DNA of 64,000 bases from Roseiarcus sp. (GTDB taxonomy: Bacteria; Pseudomonadota; Alphaproteobacteria; Rhizobiales; Beijerinckiaceae). The translations under genes were made by a program, and so were the position numbers. Below the pieces are notes generated by a model. The model worked only from the letters and a program-made list of their open reading frames with translations, was not told the DNA's origin and searched no databases. Below are positions 49,855 through 60,005 of the stretch, piece by piece (within the stretch, counting starts at the first letter, position 1; every line of letters begins with the position of its first letter). The stretch is taken from contig JBEKFO010000001.1 in the NCBI GenBank assembly GCA_050013275.1, positions 1,792 to 65,791 on the forward strand, in the 5' to 3' direction.

Positions 49855-50948
49855 CGCCGCCGTCCGCCGCAAGCCGCGGTTTCGTCGTCTCTCTCATATC
49901 GCCGTCGAGAACGCCTTGCGGAGTCGAGACGTTCGCGCGCGGCCTCGCGCGCGCTACAGGCGAACTCGGCCTCGACTCGCGGACCCTCGCGGTCGCAGGG
50001 CGACGGGGCGAGGCGGCGGAGCTTTGGCGCGGCTTGGCCGGCGCTGGCGCGCTCATCGTCAATCTGCCGGTGGTGGCGTGGAAGAGGGCCTTGCTGACGC
50101 CGCTCATCGCGCTGGCGATCGCCCGATTGCGCGGCGCGCGGACCATCGTCGTCTTGCACGAATGGGCGGATCTGCATCCCCTGCGCCGCGCTTTCGTCTC
50201 CGCCTATCTCCTGTTGGCGCAAGTCGTTCTGTTCTCGTCGCCGACGGTGCGCGACCAATTCTTGTCGAGCCCGGCCGGATGGCTGCCCTTCGTCTTGGGC
50301 CTTGCGCCGATCCCGCCCAATATCGCGCCGCCGATAGCGCGCCTGCGCTCTGCCGCCGTCGCTCGAGTCGAGGCGGAGCGCGCCAAAGGGCGCCTCGTTC
50401 TCGGCCATTTCGGCTCGATCTATCCCAAGAAGCAATCGACCTTCGCGCTCGAAGTCGCGCGCGCCCTGCAGGCGATGAATCGCAGCGTCTTCGTCGTCTT
50501 CGTCGGCGGCTTCGTCAGAGCGAGCGACGACGTCGAAAGCCAATTCTTCGCGCGGGTCCGAGAACTCGGCCTCGAAGAGTCGATCATGGTCACCGGCTAT
50601 GTCGAATCGGATGCGGAAATCTTCGCGCTTTTCGACGCGGTCGACGTGTTCCTCTATTCGTTTGCGGAAGGGTTGACCTCACGGCGCGGCAGCGTGCTGA
50701 CCTGCCTGGAGTCGGGGCGTCCGGTCATCGTCAACGCCCCAAAGAGGGAAGGCGAGTTCGCCCACCATGCCGTCTTTCGCCGCCTGATCGCCCAGGGCGC
50801 GCTCCGGTTCGCGCCCACCGACGCCGCGCCCGCCGATTTCGCCCGAGCGATCGGCGCGATGGACGTCGCCTCTCGCGCCGTCGCGCCTGAGATATTCGCG
50901 CCGGCGTGGCGTGACGCCGCGGCCGCGTTGCGCGCCGTCTTGACGTGA
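49851..50948 (+). CDS. GT4-like glycosyltransferase
   Basis: ATGA overlap with the upstream gene; CGVETF, VLHEW, IPPNI, GHFGSIYPKK, EGLTSRRGS. Confidence 0.82.
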   Translation: MTPPSAASRGFVVSLISPSRTPCGVETFARGLARATGELGLDSRTLAVAGRRGEAAELWRGLAGAGALIVNLPVVAWKRALLTPLIALAIARLRGARTIVVLHEWADLHPLRRAFVSAYLLLAQVVLFSSPTVRDQFLSSPAGWLPFVLGLAPIPPNIAPPIARLRSAAVARVEAERAKGRLVLGHFGSIYPKKQSTFALEVARALQAMNRSVFVVFVGGFVRASDDVESQFFARVRELGLEESIMVTGYVESDAEIFALFDAVDVFLYSFAEGLTSRRGSVLTCLESGRPVIVNAPKREGEFAHHAVFRRLIAQGALRFAPTDAAPADFARAIGAMDVASRAVAPEIFAPAWRDAAAALRAVLT

Positions 50949-50958
50949 ACGAAGGGCC

Positions 50959-53115
50959 TCAGGCTCGCTTCTGTTGCGCGGGACTGGTCGGCTCGTAGCG
51001 CACGAGGGCGCGCGCGGCGACGCCCGCTTTGGCGAGCGCCCTCCCCAGCGACTGCGCGCCGGCGTCACCGGGCGTTTCTTCAAACGCGACGACCTCGTCG
51101 ACCATCTCGAGCACCCGCTGCGCGCAGCGGTCGTCCGGATCGGGTCCGTCGCAAATGATCAGTTCGACAGCCTCATCGCGCAGGCGCGTGAGGGAGCGCA
51201 ACAGTTCGTCGGGACGCATGCGCCCGATTTCGGCGTCGAAACCCTTGGGCAAAGCAAGCAACACTCGATTGCCGGCGAGATAGAACGCGCCCTGGTTGAG
51301 GATCGGCGTCTGCGTGGCGCGGCGGACGGCGCGCGTGAGCTTGGCGTTGCGCTCGGCCGCGTCGATCAAGGCGACGCGCACGCCGCGGCGCGCCGCGCAC
51401 AGCGTCAGATTGATCGCCAGGGAGGTGCGAAGCCCGTCGCCGTTCGGGCCGGCGACGGCGAAAGCGACAGCGCGCCGCGGGCCTTGGCCGGGGCTGTCGG
51501 CTAGACCGAGTTCGTCGAGGATCGCGTCGAATTCGACGCCGTCGGCGCCGACCGACAGCGCCGGGAAGCCGAGTCCGGCGAGGTCCAGGCGGTCGATGGA
51601 TTGCGGCCGTTGCGCCGTCACCAGTCGCGATCGCGAGGTGACGATGAAAGTCGCGGGCGCCGGCGCTACCGCCGCGTTCGCCTCGCGCTCGGGTTCCGCG
51701 GCCGAGGCGTCGGGCGGCGCCAGCGCGCCGCCGCGCTCGCGCGCGAATGCGCCGGCGACGCCGAGCCCCAGGCCGAGCAGCAGTCCGACGCTCGCCATCA
51801 GGGCCCCGCTCGGCGGAAAGGCGCGAGACTTGGGAGCGGTGGCGAGCGAAATGATCCGCGTTCGCGACGGTTCGACCTGCTGGATCTCGCCGGCTTCGCG
51901 CGAGCGCGTAACGAACAATTCATAGACGCTGCGCGCCGCGTCGGCCTGGCGTTCGAGATCGCGCAGCCCGACCGAACTCTGGCCGTTGGCGTCCGTCTGC
52001 GTCTTCAAGTCGTCGAGCTGGCGGCTGAGCGACGCCTCGATTCGCTTCGCATTCTCGTACTCGATGCGTTGGCTCTCGGCGAAGCGGTTCAATTCGGCGT
52101 CGACCGCGGCGTCAGCGGCGCCGGCCTGCGCTTTGGCGTCGATCACCTGCGGATGGCGAGGGCCGAGTTCGGCCGTGAGGTCGGCGAGGCGCTGGCGCGC
52201 CAGCGCCTGCTGGGCTCGCAATGCGGCCAGACTCGTGGACGTGATCTGAGAGGCGAGCGCCGCGACGTCGCCGCCGGGCCGGTGAGCCTTCTCGATCTGG
52301 TCGAGACGCGAACGCGCCTCCGCCGCCTTGGTGCGCGCGATCGTCATCTGCGCGTTCACGTCTCTGAGCTGCTGTTCGGTGACGAGGAGATCGCGGGTTC
52401 CGACCAGCCCATTGGCGGCCTTGAAGTCTTCGACCTTCTTTTCCGCGTCGAGGACGCGCTTGCGCAACGCCTCGAGCCGCGCCGCCAGCGAGGCCTCGGT
52501 TTGGCGCGAGACGTCCGTTTGCCACGACGACGAGACGTCGATGTAGGCGCGCGCAGTGGCGTTGGCGAGTTCGGCGGCCCTCGTCGGATCGCGGTCGGCG
52601 ACCGAGAGATCGATGATGAACGTCCGTTCGGGCCGCTTGACCTGAATTCGGTTCCCGAGAGCGGCCGCGGCGGCGGTCACGCGGTCCGCAGGACTCGGCG
52701 AGGAACCGAAAAAGGCAGGGAACCGCCAAGCGGCGACAAAATCCGGGTCGGCGTCGAGCTTTTCGTCCGCCACGACGCGCTCGAGCACCGCGCGCGAGGC
52801 GATGATCAGACCCTGGCTCTCGACATAGTTGATGAAGCCGTTGGAATCTTGCCCCGGCGCGGGCATGTCCTTGCCGGCGCCGGGAAGGACGCCGGGATCG
52901 ACGTAGATCTGCGTGACCGCGACATAGCGCTGCGGCAGCGCCTTCGAGGCGACGAAGCCGAGCAGCGCGCAGGCCAACGCGCAACCGAGCGTGAAGGCCT
53001 TATGGCGTTTGGCGGCGGCGACGGCCGCGAGCGCGCGAGCGCGCGCGCCGCCGGCCGGCGGCGGCCGCGCTTCGCCGCCGCTCGTTTCGGCAGCCGTGAG
53101 GCCGTATTCGAACAT
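50959..53115 (-). CDS. Polysaccharide co-polymerase (Wzc/ExoP/GumC-like) with degenerate kinase domain
   Basis: TM + PQRY.A, IIASRAVL, coiled coil, GPRHPQV, Pro-rich TM2; C-terminal LAINL, LIDA, LIICDGP. Start uncertain (ORF open from 53295). Confidence 0.88.
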   Translation of the reverse strand: MFEYGLTAAETSGGEARPPPAGGARARALAAVAAAKRHKAFTLGCALACALLGFVASKALPQRYVAVTQIYVDPGVLPGAGKDMPAPGQDSNGFINYVESQGLIIASRAVLERVVADEKLDADPDFVAAWRFPAFFGSSPSPADRVTAAAAALGNRIQVKRPERTFIIDLSVADRDPTRAAELANATARAYIDVSSSWQTDVSRQTEASLAARLEALRKRVLDAEKKVEDFKAANGLVGTRDLLVTEQQLRDVNAQMTIARTKAAEARSRLDQIEKAHRPGGDVAALASQITSTSLAALRAQQALARQRLADLTAELGPRHPQVIDAKAQAGAADAAVDAELNRFAESQRIEYENAKRIEASLSRQLDDLKTQTDANGQSSVGLRDLERQADAARSVYELFVTRSREAGEIQQVEPSRTRIISLATAPKSRAFPPSGALMASVGLLLGLGLGVAGAFARERGGALAPPDASAAEPEREANAAVAPAPATFIVTSRSRLVTAQRPQSIDRLDLAGLGFPALSVGADGVEFDAILDELGLADSPGQGPRRAVAFAVAGPNGDGLRTSLAINLTLCAARRGVRVALIDAAERNAKLTRAVRRATQTPILNQGAFYLAGNRVLLALPKGFDAEIGRMRPDELLRSLTRLRDEAVELIICDGPDPDDRCAQRVLEMVDEVVAFEETPGDAGAQSLGRALAKAGVAARALVRYEPTSPAQQKRA

Positions 53116-53366
53116 AAACTGCCTATCCGCCGGTTTCGATCGCGCGGGGTGCATGCCTGTCCCGTCGCTCGCGCTGGTGCGCCGATTGTCATTGATCTTG
53201 GTTAACGAATGGTCAGAATCGCCGCCGACAAGAGTTCGCCGCGCCGGCCGCGCCTTCGCCGGCGAAAGGGAGGTCCGCATGGCGCTATCGAGCAACCGCG
53301 AAAGCGGGGCGGCCCGGATGGCCTCAATCTTGCGTCATTGCAAGACAGAATAGTCAGGGTTCCGTT

Positions 53367-54329
53367 TTGAGACGCAGCGGCCCCCATCGTCGAGACGCCC
53401 GGAGCGAACCTTTGCCAAGTCCCGTCGCACCCGTTACGCCGAGCCGCCGAGGCGATTTCGACGGGACGATCGCGGCCGAGGCGAATCCAAGGGCCGCTGT
53501 TCTTTGGTCGTGGCGCCTAGCGGCGGCGGCCTTCGCGCTGGCGGCCCTCGCCGGTCCGGTCGGCGCCGCGTCGTCCGGCCTGCGCCTCGTCCACGCCGAG
53601 GATTTTTCCACGGCCAAGGATTTCGATCCCGCGTTCTGGATCGCGGAGACCGGCTTCTTCCGCAATAGGGAAGCGCAGTATTATCGCCCGGAGAACGTCG
53701 GCGTGCAGGACGGCGCCCTCGTGCTCGAGGGCAGGCGCGAAAGCGCGCTCAACGCCGATTACAGCGCCGACGGCGCCGACTGGCTGACGACGACGCGAAG
53801 CGCGGAATACACGTCCGGCAGCATCGTCAGCCGCGACGCTTTCACCTTCGGCGTATTCGAAGTGGTCGCGCGCCTGCCGCAGGGCGCCGGCGACTGGCCG
53901 GCGATCTGGCTGGTTAACGAGCAGGGGCTGCCGTATCGCGAGATCGATTTGGTCGAGGCGGTCGGAAACCTCCCAGGTAGGACGTGGACGACGATCCACG
54001 CCGGACCCGATCAGCGCAGCCTGAAGACCTGGCAGGCCGAGACGCCCATGCCAGGCCTCGAACGAGACTTTCACACTTACCGGCTCGAATGGCGCAAGGA
54101 TTCGATCGCGGTCGCGATCGACGGGCGCGACGTGCTCACAATGAACCCCGAAGAGGCCCATAGGGACGGCGTCGACCCGCTGCGCGCGCCGATGCATTTG
54201 CGAGTCAACCTCGCGCTCGGCGGCTCCTGGGGCGGCAGAATCGACGACGACGCGCTACCTGCCCGGCTCGAAGTCAGATCGATCAAGATTTGGAGCGTCG
54301 AGCCGCAGACCTCGACGAGCTCCGACTGA
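53367..54329 (+). CDS. GH16 glycoside hydrolase, probably exported
   Basis: NREAQYY, YTSG, WPAIWL, catalytic EIDLVE, FHTYRLEW, NLALGGSWGG; hydrophobic leader; true start probably internal. Confidence 0.92.
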   Translation: MRRSGPHRRDARSEPLPSPVAPVTPSRRGDFDGTIAAEANPRAAVLWSWRLAAAAFALAALAGPVGAASSGLRLVHAEDFSTAKDFDPAFWIAETGFFRNREAQYYRPENVGVQDGALVLEGRRESALNADYSADGADWLTTTRSAEYTSGSIVSRDAFTFGVFEVVARLPQGAGDWPAIWLVNEQGLPYREIDLVEAVGNLPGRTWTTIHAGPDQRSLKTWQAETPMPGLERDFHTYRLEWRKDSIAVAIDGRDVLTMNPEEAHRDGVDPLRAPMHLRVNLALGGSWGGRIDDDALPARLEVRSIKIWSVEPQTSTSSD

Positions 54330-54504
54330 CGCCGATGGCTTCGAATTCCCAAGCGAACCAACCTGGTCCAGCGAACGGGCGACGCGAGAGCGGCGTCCCC
54401 AGAGTCGTTGCGCCGCGACGCCGCGTTGACGGCTCAGAATCCGCGGCTAAAGGAGAGATCCGGATAATGGGGCGGCGAGCGGAATTCGACGGGACGATGC
54501 GGCC

Positions 54505-55260
54505 ATGACGATCCTGCAAAAAATGAAAGACGCCGCGATCCGCGCGGGACTCGAGCCTTGGCTCCGGCCGGTTTCCGATTTCTTGGTGGGCCGCAAATTC
54601 GATCAGGACGATCCCGCGGCGTTCCGGCTGATCGAGGGCCTGCCGCAGGACGCGATCTGCGTCGACGTCGGCTGCCACAAGGGAAAGTTTTTGGACGCCA
54701 TGCGGCGCGCCGCGCCGAACGGGCGCTTCTTCGCTTTTGAGCCGATTCCGTATCTCTACGAGCTGTTGAAATCCAAGTATCGCGCCGACGCTCGCGTGCG
54801 GGTGTTCAATTACGCGCTCTCGTCGCACGACGGCGAGGCGACGTTCTACGTCAATGAACGCGATATGGGGCTCAGCGGCTTGAGCGAGCGGCGCGAGCGC
54901 TTGGGCGACGACCCATTGACCAAGGTCGGCGCAGTCGTGCGAACGCTCGACGGCGTCCTCGGCGATCAGCGCGTCGATTTCATCAAGATCGATGTCGAGG
55001 GCGCCGAATTCGACGTGCTGCAAGGCGCGCGAGCAATCCTTGCGCGATGCCGGCCTCGTATCCTTTTTGAGTTCGGTCGCGGCGGCGCCGAGTATTTCGG
55101 CGTCTCCGCCGACGCCATGTTTCAATTGTTCGATCGCGCCGGTTACGACCTCTTCACGCTCGACAATTTGGCTCGGGACAGCGCGCTGACCGCCGCGGCG
55201 TTCGGGGCCTGCTTCGAACGGAACACAAATTACAATTTCCTCGCGGCGCCCCGCCGATAA
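54505..55260 (+). CDS. FkbM-family methyltransferase
   Basis: VDVGCHKG, FAFEP, ALS, TLD, FIKIDVEGAE..VLQG. Confidence 0.93.
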   Translation: MTILQKMKDAAIRAGLEPWLRPVSDFLVGRKFDQDDPAAFRLIEGLPQDAICVDVGCHKGKFLDAMRRAAPNGRFFAFEPIPYLYELLKSKYRADARVRVFNYALSSHDGEATFYVNERDMGLSGLSERRERLGDDPLTKVGAVVRTLDGVLGDQRVDFIKIDVEGAEFDVLQGARAILARCRPRILFEFGRGGAEYFGVSADAMFQLFDRAGYDLFTLDNLARDSALTAAAFGACFERNTNYNFLAAPRR

Positions 55261-55288
55261 GCGCTGCGGCCGGCCCGGCTTCTCGAAT

Positions 55289-56773
55289 TCATCGCTTGGT
55301 CGCGGCGAGCTTCGCCGCCGCGCGATGCGCCCTGCGGCCGAGCTGCGCGCAGCCCCACTGAAGCAGCTTCGGAGTGAATCTGCGAGAGACGGCGCGTAGA
55401 TCGCCGATGTTCAAGAACCAAGCCGCCGCAGCGTAGATCGCGACTCCGCCCGGCACGAGGACGACGAGCGAAGCCGGACCGAGCGGCGCGGCGAATTTCT
55501 CCAGAAGGGCGACGGCGAGCCCCATCGCCGCCGTCGCGGCGACGACGCGCGCGATCCGGCGCAACGGAAAGGGCATCGGAAAGGCGAAGCGGCTCAGCAG
55601 CGCCGCGTTGAGACAGCCGAAGATTTCCGTCGCCAGCCGCCCCCAGACAGCGCCCATCACCCCGAAACGGCTGATCAGCACGTACGAGGCGACGACGTTC
55701 CAGACGATGATCGAGCTCGTGTTCGCCAGATAGAAGCCGGTGCGATTGGAAAGCAGAAAGCTGGTATGGAAATATTGCTGGGTCAGGATCTGGAACAGCA
55801 GCGCCGCGGCGAAAACGGGCATCGCGGCGTGCGAGACCACGCGAAAATTCGGCCCGAGCACGAGATCGGCGACGTGCGGCGCGACGATGCCGAGGCCGAC
55901 ACACGCCGGCAGCGTCGCCGCGAGCAGAATTTCCAGGTATTTTGCAAGATGCGCGCGCGCGGCTCGCTCGCCCTCGGTCGCGAGCAACCGCACGGTCATC
56001 GGCACAAAGGCCGTAGCGATGCTGATCGCGGGAATGATCAGGCTCTGGCGGACGATGTCGAGGCTGGCGCCGAATTGGCCGGCGGCGGCGACGTCGGCCA
56101 GATTGGCGAGCAGAAATCGGTCGGTCATTGCCGACAGCGTGAGGAGCGACAGCGAGATCGTGAGCGGAAACCCGTTGGCGACGATCTCGACGAGACGCGC
56201 GGCGTCGAAACGCGGTCGCGTTGCGCCCCAGGCCGTGCGCCAGAAGCTCAGCGTCGCCAGCAAGTAGCCGATCGACATCGCGGCCAAGAGCAAGGCGCCG
56301 GTCCTGCCGAACAGCATCGAAGCGATCCCCAGGCCCGAGACGAGCACGGCGCGAGCGACCGTGCCGTGCAGAAAACTCGCCGCCTTCTGTTCGGCGCGCA
56401 GCAGTTCCTGGCTCGTGTCGTAAAGGACGACGGCGACAGTCATCCCGATCGAAGCGATCGCCACCCCCGGCGCCAAATTGGCGAGACGCGCCGCGACGTA
56501 GCCGAGCGGCAAGACCAGAGCGCACAGAAGCAAGGCCGCCAGCGCCGAGGGACGCATGTCGGTCCCGTCGCCGCGCGCCTGCTCGCGCAGGATCGAAAGC
56601 TTGATGGCGCTGGAGAGAAACGTCGCAAAGAACGTCGCGAAGGCGAAGCCGAGGAGATAGTCGCCGAACCCGTCGGCAGCGAAGAACCGCGTGAAGACGA
56701 CGACGTTAACCAAGCCGAACACGGCCGAGAACGCGTTCGCCAGAAAGTAGAACGCGGTGTGCCTGGCCAGCAT
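55289..56773 (-). CDS. Wzx-type polysaccharide flippase
   Basis: About 12-14 TM segments; FTRFF....FG.Y, TDRFLL, AAGQF, VLGPNF; ATG at 56773. Confidence 0.88.
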   Translation of the reverse strand: MLARHTAFYFLANAFSAVFGLVNVVVFTRFFAADGFGDYLLGFAFATFFATFLSSAIKLSILREQARGDGTDMRPSALAALLLCALVLPLGYVAARLANLAPGVAIASIGMTVAVVLYDTSQELLRAEQKAASFLHGTVARAVLVSGLGIASMLFGRTGALLLAAMSIGYLLATLSFWRTAWGATRPRFDAARLVEIVANGFPLTISLSLLTLSAMTDRFLLANLADVAAAGQFGASLDIVRQSLIIPAISIATAFVPMTVRLLATEGERAARAHLAKYLEILLAATLPACVGLGIVAPHVADLVLGPNFRVVSHAAMPVFAAALLFQILTQQYFHTSFLLSNRTGFYLANTSSIIVWNVVASYVLISRFGVMGAVWGRLATEIFGCLNAALLSRFAFPMPFPLRRIARVVAATAAMGLAVALLEKFAAPLGPASLVVLVPGGVAIYAAAAWFLNIGDLRAVSRRFTPKLLQWGCAQLGRRAHRAAAKLAATKR

Positions 56774-57082
56774 TAAGCAATTCCCAACTCGACGGCGCCC
56801 GCGTTCGACGCCTCCGTGACCCAAAGCGGTTCCGTCGACCCGTTTCGAAACGTTTCGACGATGCGTCGACCGTCGAGCAAGAAGCGCGCCGCCGTGTTTG
56901 CGACCGCGCCCTGCCCCCGCGGTTTCGCGCACGACTTTACCATTGTTCGACGATTTGGCCGGCTCTCCCCTGCATGTTGAGGGTTCGTTCACCAATTTCG
57001 GGTCAAATTGGCGCGTCAGTCTATGACGGCGTCCGCGCCGGCGCCGCGCTCGCCGCCGCCCGCCGTTCGAACAGGACGTACC

Positions 57083-57553
57083 ATGTCGTCTCGCGTTTTG
57101 CTTTTCCTCGCCTTCGCCGCCGGGCTCGGGCTGAACTCGGCGGTCGCCGCCGAGGCGGCGGCTCCTCCCGACGTGTTGAAGGTCACGCTCGATCAGGCCA
57201 GGGTGATGCAGATCCCTCCGGGGGTCAAAACGCTGGTCGTCGGCAATCCCGCGATCGCCGACGTGACGATGCTCAAGGGCGGCGGTGCGATGATCGTCAC
57301 CGGCAAGGGATATGGCGAGACCAATCTGATTGCGCTCGACGGCCAGGGCAATATACTCGATGAGAAGCAGATCGAGGTCGAACCGACGCGATCTGTCTTG
57401 GTCGTGCAACGGGGAAGCGACCGCGAGTCCTATTGGTGCAACCCGACCTGCATGCCCACGGTTCAGCTCGGCGATGAGAACAAGGCCTTCAGCGAAGCGA
57501 GCGGACAGATCGGCGCGCGCAATGCGCTCGCGCAAGGCGGCGGAGCGAAATAA
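57083..57553 (+). CDS. Stand-alone Tad/Flp secretin N-terminal domain protein (CpaC-N-like)
   Basis: Signal peptide; VTLDQAR, VVGNPAIADVT, VTGKGYGETNLIALD, YWCNPTCMP. Confidence 0.85.
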   Translation: MSSRVLLFLAFAAGLGLNSAVAAEAAAPPDVLKVTLDQARVMQIPPGVKTLVVGNPAIADVTMLKGGGAMIVTGKGYGETNLIALDGQGNILDEKQIEVEPTRSVLVVQRGSDRESYWCNPTCMPTVQLGDENKAFSEASGQIGARNALAQGGGAK

Positions 57554-57586
57554 CGCGAGCCGCGCGGCGGCCAGCCGCGCCCGTCC

Positions 57587-58366
57587 ATGCGCCGCCTGAT
57601 CCTGGAAGAGCCAATTTCGCGCGCCGCCGTCTGGAGTCGGCGGACGGCGGTCTTCGCACTCGCGACGGCGGGCGTCGCGATCGCGCTGTCGCGGTTCGGC
57701 GGGGTCGACGCCGCGGCGACGCTCACGGTGTTCGGCGCGGCGCTGACGCTCGCCTTTCTCGCCCTCCTGCTGGCGGGCGCGGCGGCGGCGGTCGTCTGGC
57801 GCACCGGCCGGCGCGGCGCCGATCAGGCCGCGCTCGGCCTCGCGCTGTCTTTGGCCCTTCTGGCCTATCCCGCCTATCTCACCGTCAAAGCGCTGCCGTT
57901 GCCCGCCATCAACGACGTGACGACCGACTTGGACAAGCCGCCCTCGTTCATGATCTCGGCCAAAGCTCGCGAAGCCCGCGCCGGCCGCGCGCCGCCGACT
58001 TGGCGCGCCGAAACCGGCCCGCAGCAGAAGGCCGCCTATCCCGAGGTGCAGCCGATTCTGGTCGATCTCGAACCCGCTCAGGCCTATCAGCTCGCGTTGC
58101 GCGTCGCCAAGGATCTCGGCTGGCGCGTTGTCGACTCGAACCCGCCCAATCTGCGCGTCGACGGCGTCGCTCAGATCGAGGCTACCGATCGTTCGCTATT
58201 GTTCGGCTTCGTCGACGACATCGCCATTCGCATTCAGCCGCTCGCCAACCAGACGCGCATCGACGTCCGCTCGGCCTCGCGGGTGGGCAGGCATGACTTC
58301 GGCGCCAATGCGCGCCACATCGATCGGTTCATCGCGGCCGTTCAAGAATCGACGCAAGAGCCGTAG
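57587..58366 (+). CDS. DUF1499 membrane protein
   Basis: Three TM segments, then INDVTTD, FGFVDDIAIRI, DVRSASRVG.HDFG.NA. Confidence 0.88.
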   Translation: MRRLILEEPISRAAVWSRRTAVFALATAGVAIALSRFGGVDAAATLTVFGAALTLAFLALLLAGAAAAVVWRTGRRGADQAALGLALSLALLAYPAYLTVKALPLPAINDVTTDLDKPPSFMISAKAREARAGRAPPTWRAETGPQQKAAYPEVQPILVDLEPAQAYQLALRVAKDLGWRVVDSNPPNLRVDGVAQIEATDRSLLFGFVDDIAIRIQPLANQTRIDVRSASRVGRHDFGANARHIDRFIAAVQESTQEP

Positions 58367-58369
58367 GGC

Positions 58370-59281
58370 TCATGGGCGGCGGAACCGCGCCGAGAGCGTC
58401 GGCGCGCCGTCGCTGGCGACGACGCCCCGCGCAACGAGGTCCTCGAGATGGGCGAAGGTCGATAGATTCGCCGCGCCGACCAGCGCCGGGTTCAGCCCGG
58501 CGTAGACCCTGGCGACGATTTCCGGGATCGTCGCGTCGCCCGCTTGCAGCCTGGCGAGGATCGCGGCTTCGCGCTGGCGGCGATGGCTCACGAGCGCGCG
58601 CACGTAACGCTGCGGGTCGCGCACCGGCCCGCCGTGGCCGGGCCAATAGATCGCCTCGTCGCGCATCCTCAGCTTTTCCAGCGACGCCATGTAATCGGCC
58701 ATCGAGCCGTCGGGCGGGGCGACGACCGAGGTCGACCAAGCCATCACGTGGTCGCCCGAAAACAGCGCGTTCTCTTCCAGCAGGGCGAAACACAGATGGT
58801 TCGCGGCGTGCCCGGGCGTCGCGACGCTCTCCAGCGTGAAGCCGCGCCCCTCGATCCGCTCGCCGTCGGCGAGCGCGACGTCGGGGGCGTAGGCGAGGTC
58901 GTGCGCCGCGTTCACACGGGGCGGCGCGCCCTCGATGGCGACCTGCGCGCGCGCGCCGACGATCGGCGCGCCGGTTCTCTCCTTCAGCATCGGCGCGGCG
59001 GCGGCGTGATCGCGGTGGCTGTGGGTGACCACAATTTGGCTCACCCGTTCGCCCGCGACCGCCGCCAGAAGGGCCGCGACGTGGGCTTCGTCCGCCGGGC
59101 CGGGGTCGACGATTGCGACCTCGCCCTCGCCGACGATGTAGCTGCAAGTCCCCGTGAAGGTGAACGGCGAGGCGTTGCGGGCGACGAGCCGGCGCACGAG
59201 CGGCGAAAGCCGCGTCAGGACGCCGCTCGGCGCTTCGGCGGCGCTCGCCGACGGCGGCAGATCGTTGCTGGGTTCGCTCAC
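58370..59281 (-). CDS. MBL-fold metallo-hydrolase (LACTB2-like)
   Basis: THSHRDH, TPGHAANH, FSGDHV, PGHG; C-terminal winged helix. Confidence 0.93.
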   Translation of the reverse strand: MSEPSNDLPPSASAAEAPSGVLTRLSPLVRRLVARNASPFTFTGTCSYIVGEGEVAIVDPGPADEAHVAALLAAVAGERVSQIVVTHSHRDHAAAAPMLKERTGAPIVGARAQVAIEGAPPRVNAAHDLAYAPDVALADGERIEGRGFTLESVATPGHAANHLCFALLEENALFSGDHVMAWSTSVVAPPDGSMADYMASLEKLRMRDEAIYWPGHGGPVRDPQRYVRALVSHRRQREAAILARLQAGDATIPEIVARVYAGLNPALVGAANLSTFAHLEDLVARGVVASDGAPTLSARFRRP

Positions 59282-59411
59282 GTCGCGTTCCGATGCCTAT
59301 CGCCTAACGGCCGACTTGTTTGGCGCGGCCGCCTTGTCTATACCCGCAACAGGCGCCGGACGCGAACCCGCCTCAGGGGGGACCGCGAGCCTGCCAGCGA
59401 CGGGAGAAATC

Positions 59412-60005
59412 ATGAACGAACCGATGAACGCGACTTTGGCCGCGACGCTGTGGCCCTCGCGCGCGGCCCCGCGCTTCGCCCGCGCCGCGATGCTGGCGAT
59501 CGGCGGGACGCTGGTCCTGGCGGCCTCGGCCAAGGCGCAGGTTCCCTTCTATCCCGTGCCCATGACCCTGCAGACCCTCGCCGTGCTGGTGATCGGCGCC
59601 GCTTACGGCGCTCGGCTCGCGGCGGCGACGCTCGCACTCTATCTCGCCGAGGGCTTGCTCGGTCTGCCGGTTTTCGCCGGCGCGCTGGCCGGCCCCGCCT
59701 ATATGGCCGGACCCACCGCCGGCTATCTCGGAGGCTTCCTGGTCGCGGCGGCGGCGGTCGGTTGGCTCGCCGAGCGCGGCTGGGATCGCGACTGGCCGCG
59801 GCTGATCGGCGCGATGGCGATCGGCCATGTCGTGGTCTTCGCCTTCGGCTTCGCCTGGCTCGCGCTCGCGTTGGGGGCCGAAAGCGCCTGGGCGGTCGGC
59901 GTTGCGCCGTTCTATGCGGCGACGCTGGTCAAGACGCTGCTCGCCGCGGCGCTGGTCGGCGCGGCTTGGCGTGGTCTGGCGCGGCTGCGAGGGAGTGACG
60001 CCTGA
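59412..60005 (+). CDS. bioY: Biotin transporter BioY
   Basis: PVPMTLQT, YLAEGLLGLPVFAG, GPTAGYL.GF; ATG at 59412 after GGGAG. Confidence 0.95.
   Translation: MNEPMNATLAATLWPSRAAPRFARAAMLAIGGTLVLAASAKAQVPFYPVPMTLQTLAVLVIGAAYGARLAAATLALYLAEGLLGLPVFAGALAGPAYMAGPTAGYLGGFLVAAAAVGWLAERGWDRDWPRLIGAMAIGHVVVFAFGFAWLALALGAESAWAVGVAPFYAATLVKTLLAAALVGAAWRGLARLRGSDA

Noticed and set aside
53200-53216. TTAA-containing motif as a possible CtrA box (also near 44495-44530)
   Set aside because: Does not match full TTAA-N7-TTAA; half-sites alone are insufficient.
56774-57535. N-terminal extension of the 748-aa flippase ORF
   Set aside because: Antisense to the pilus-domain gene; flippase-like sequence begins at ATG 56773.
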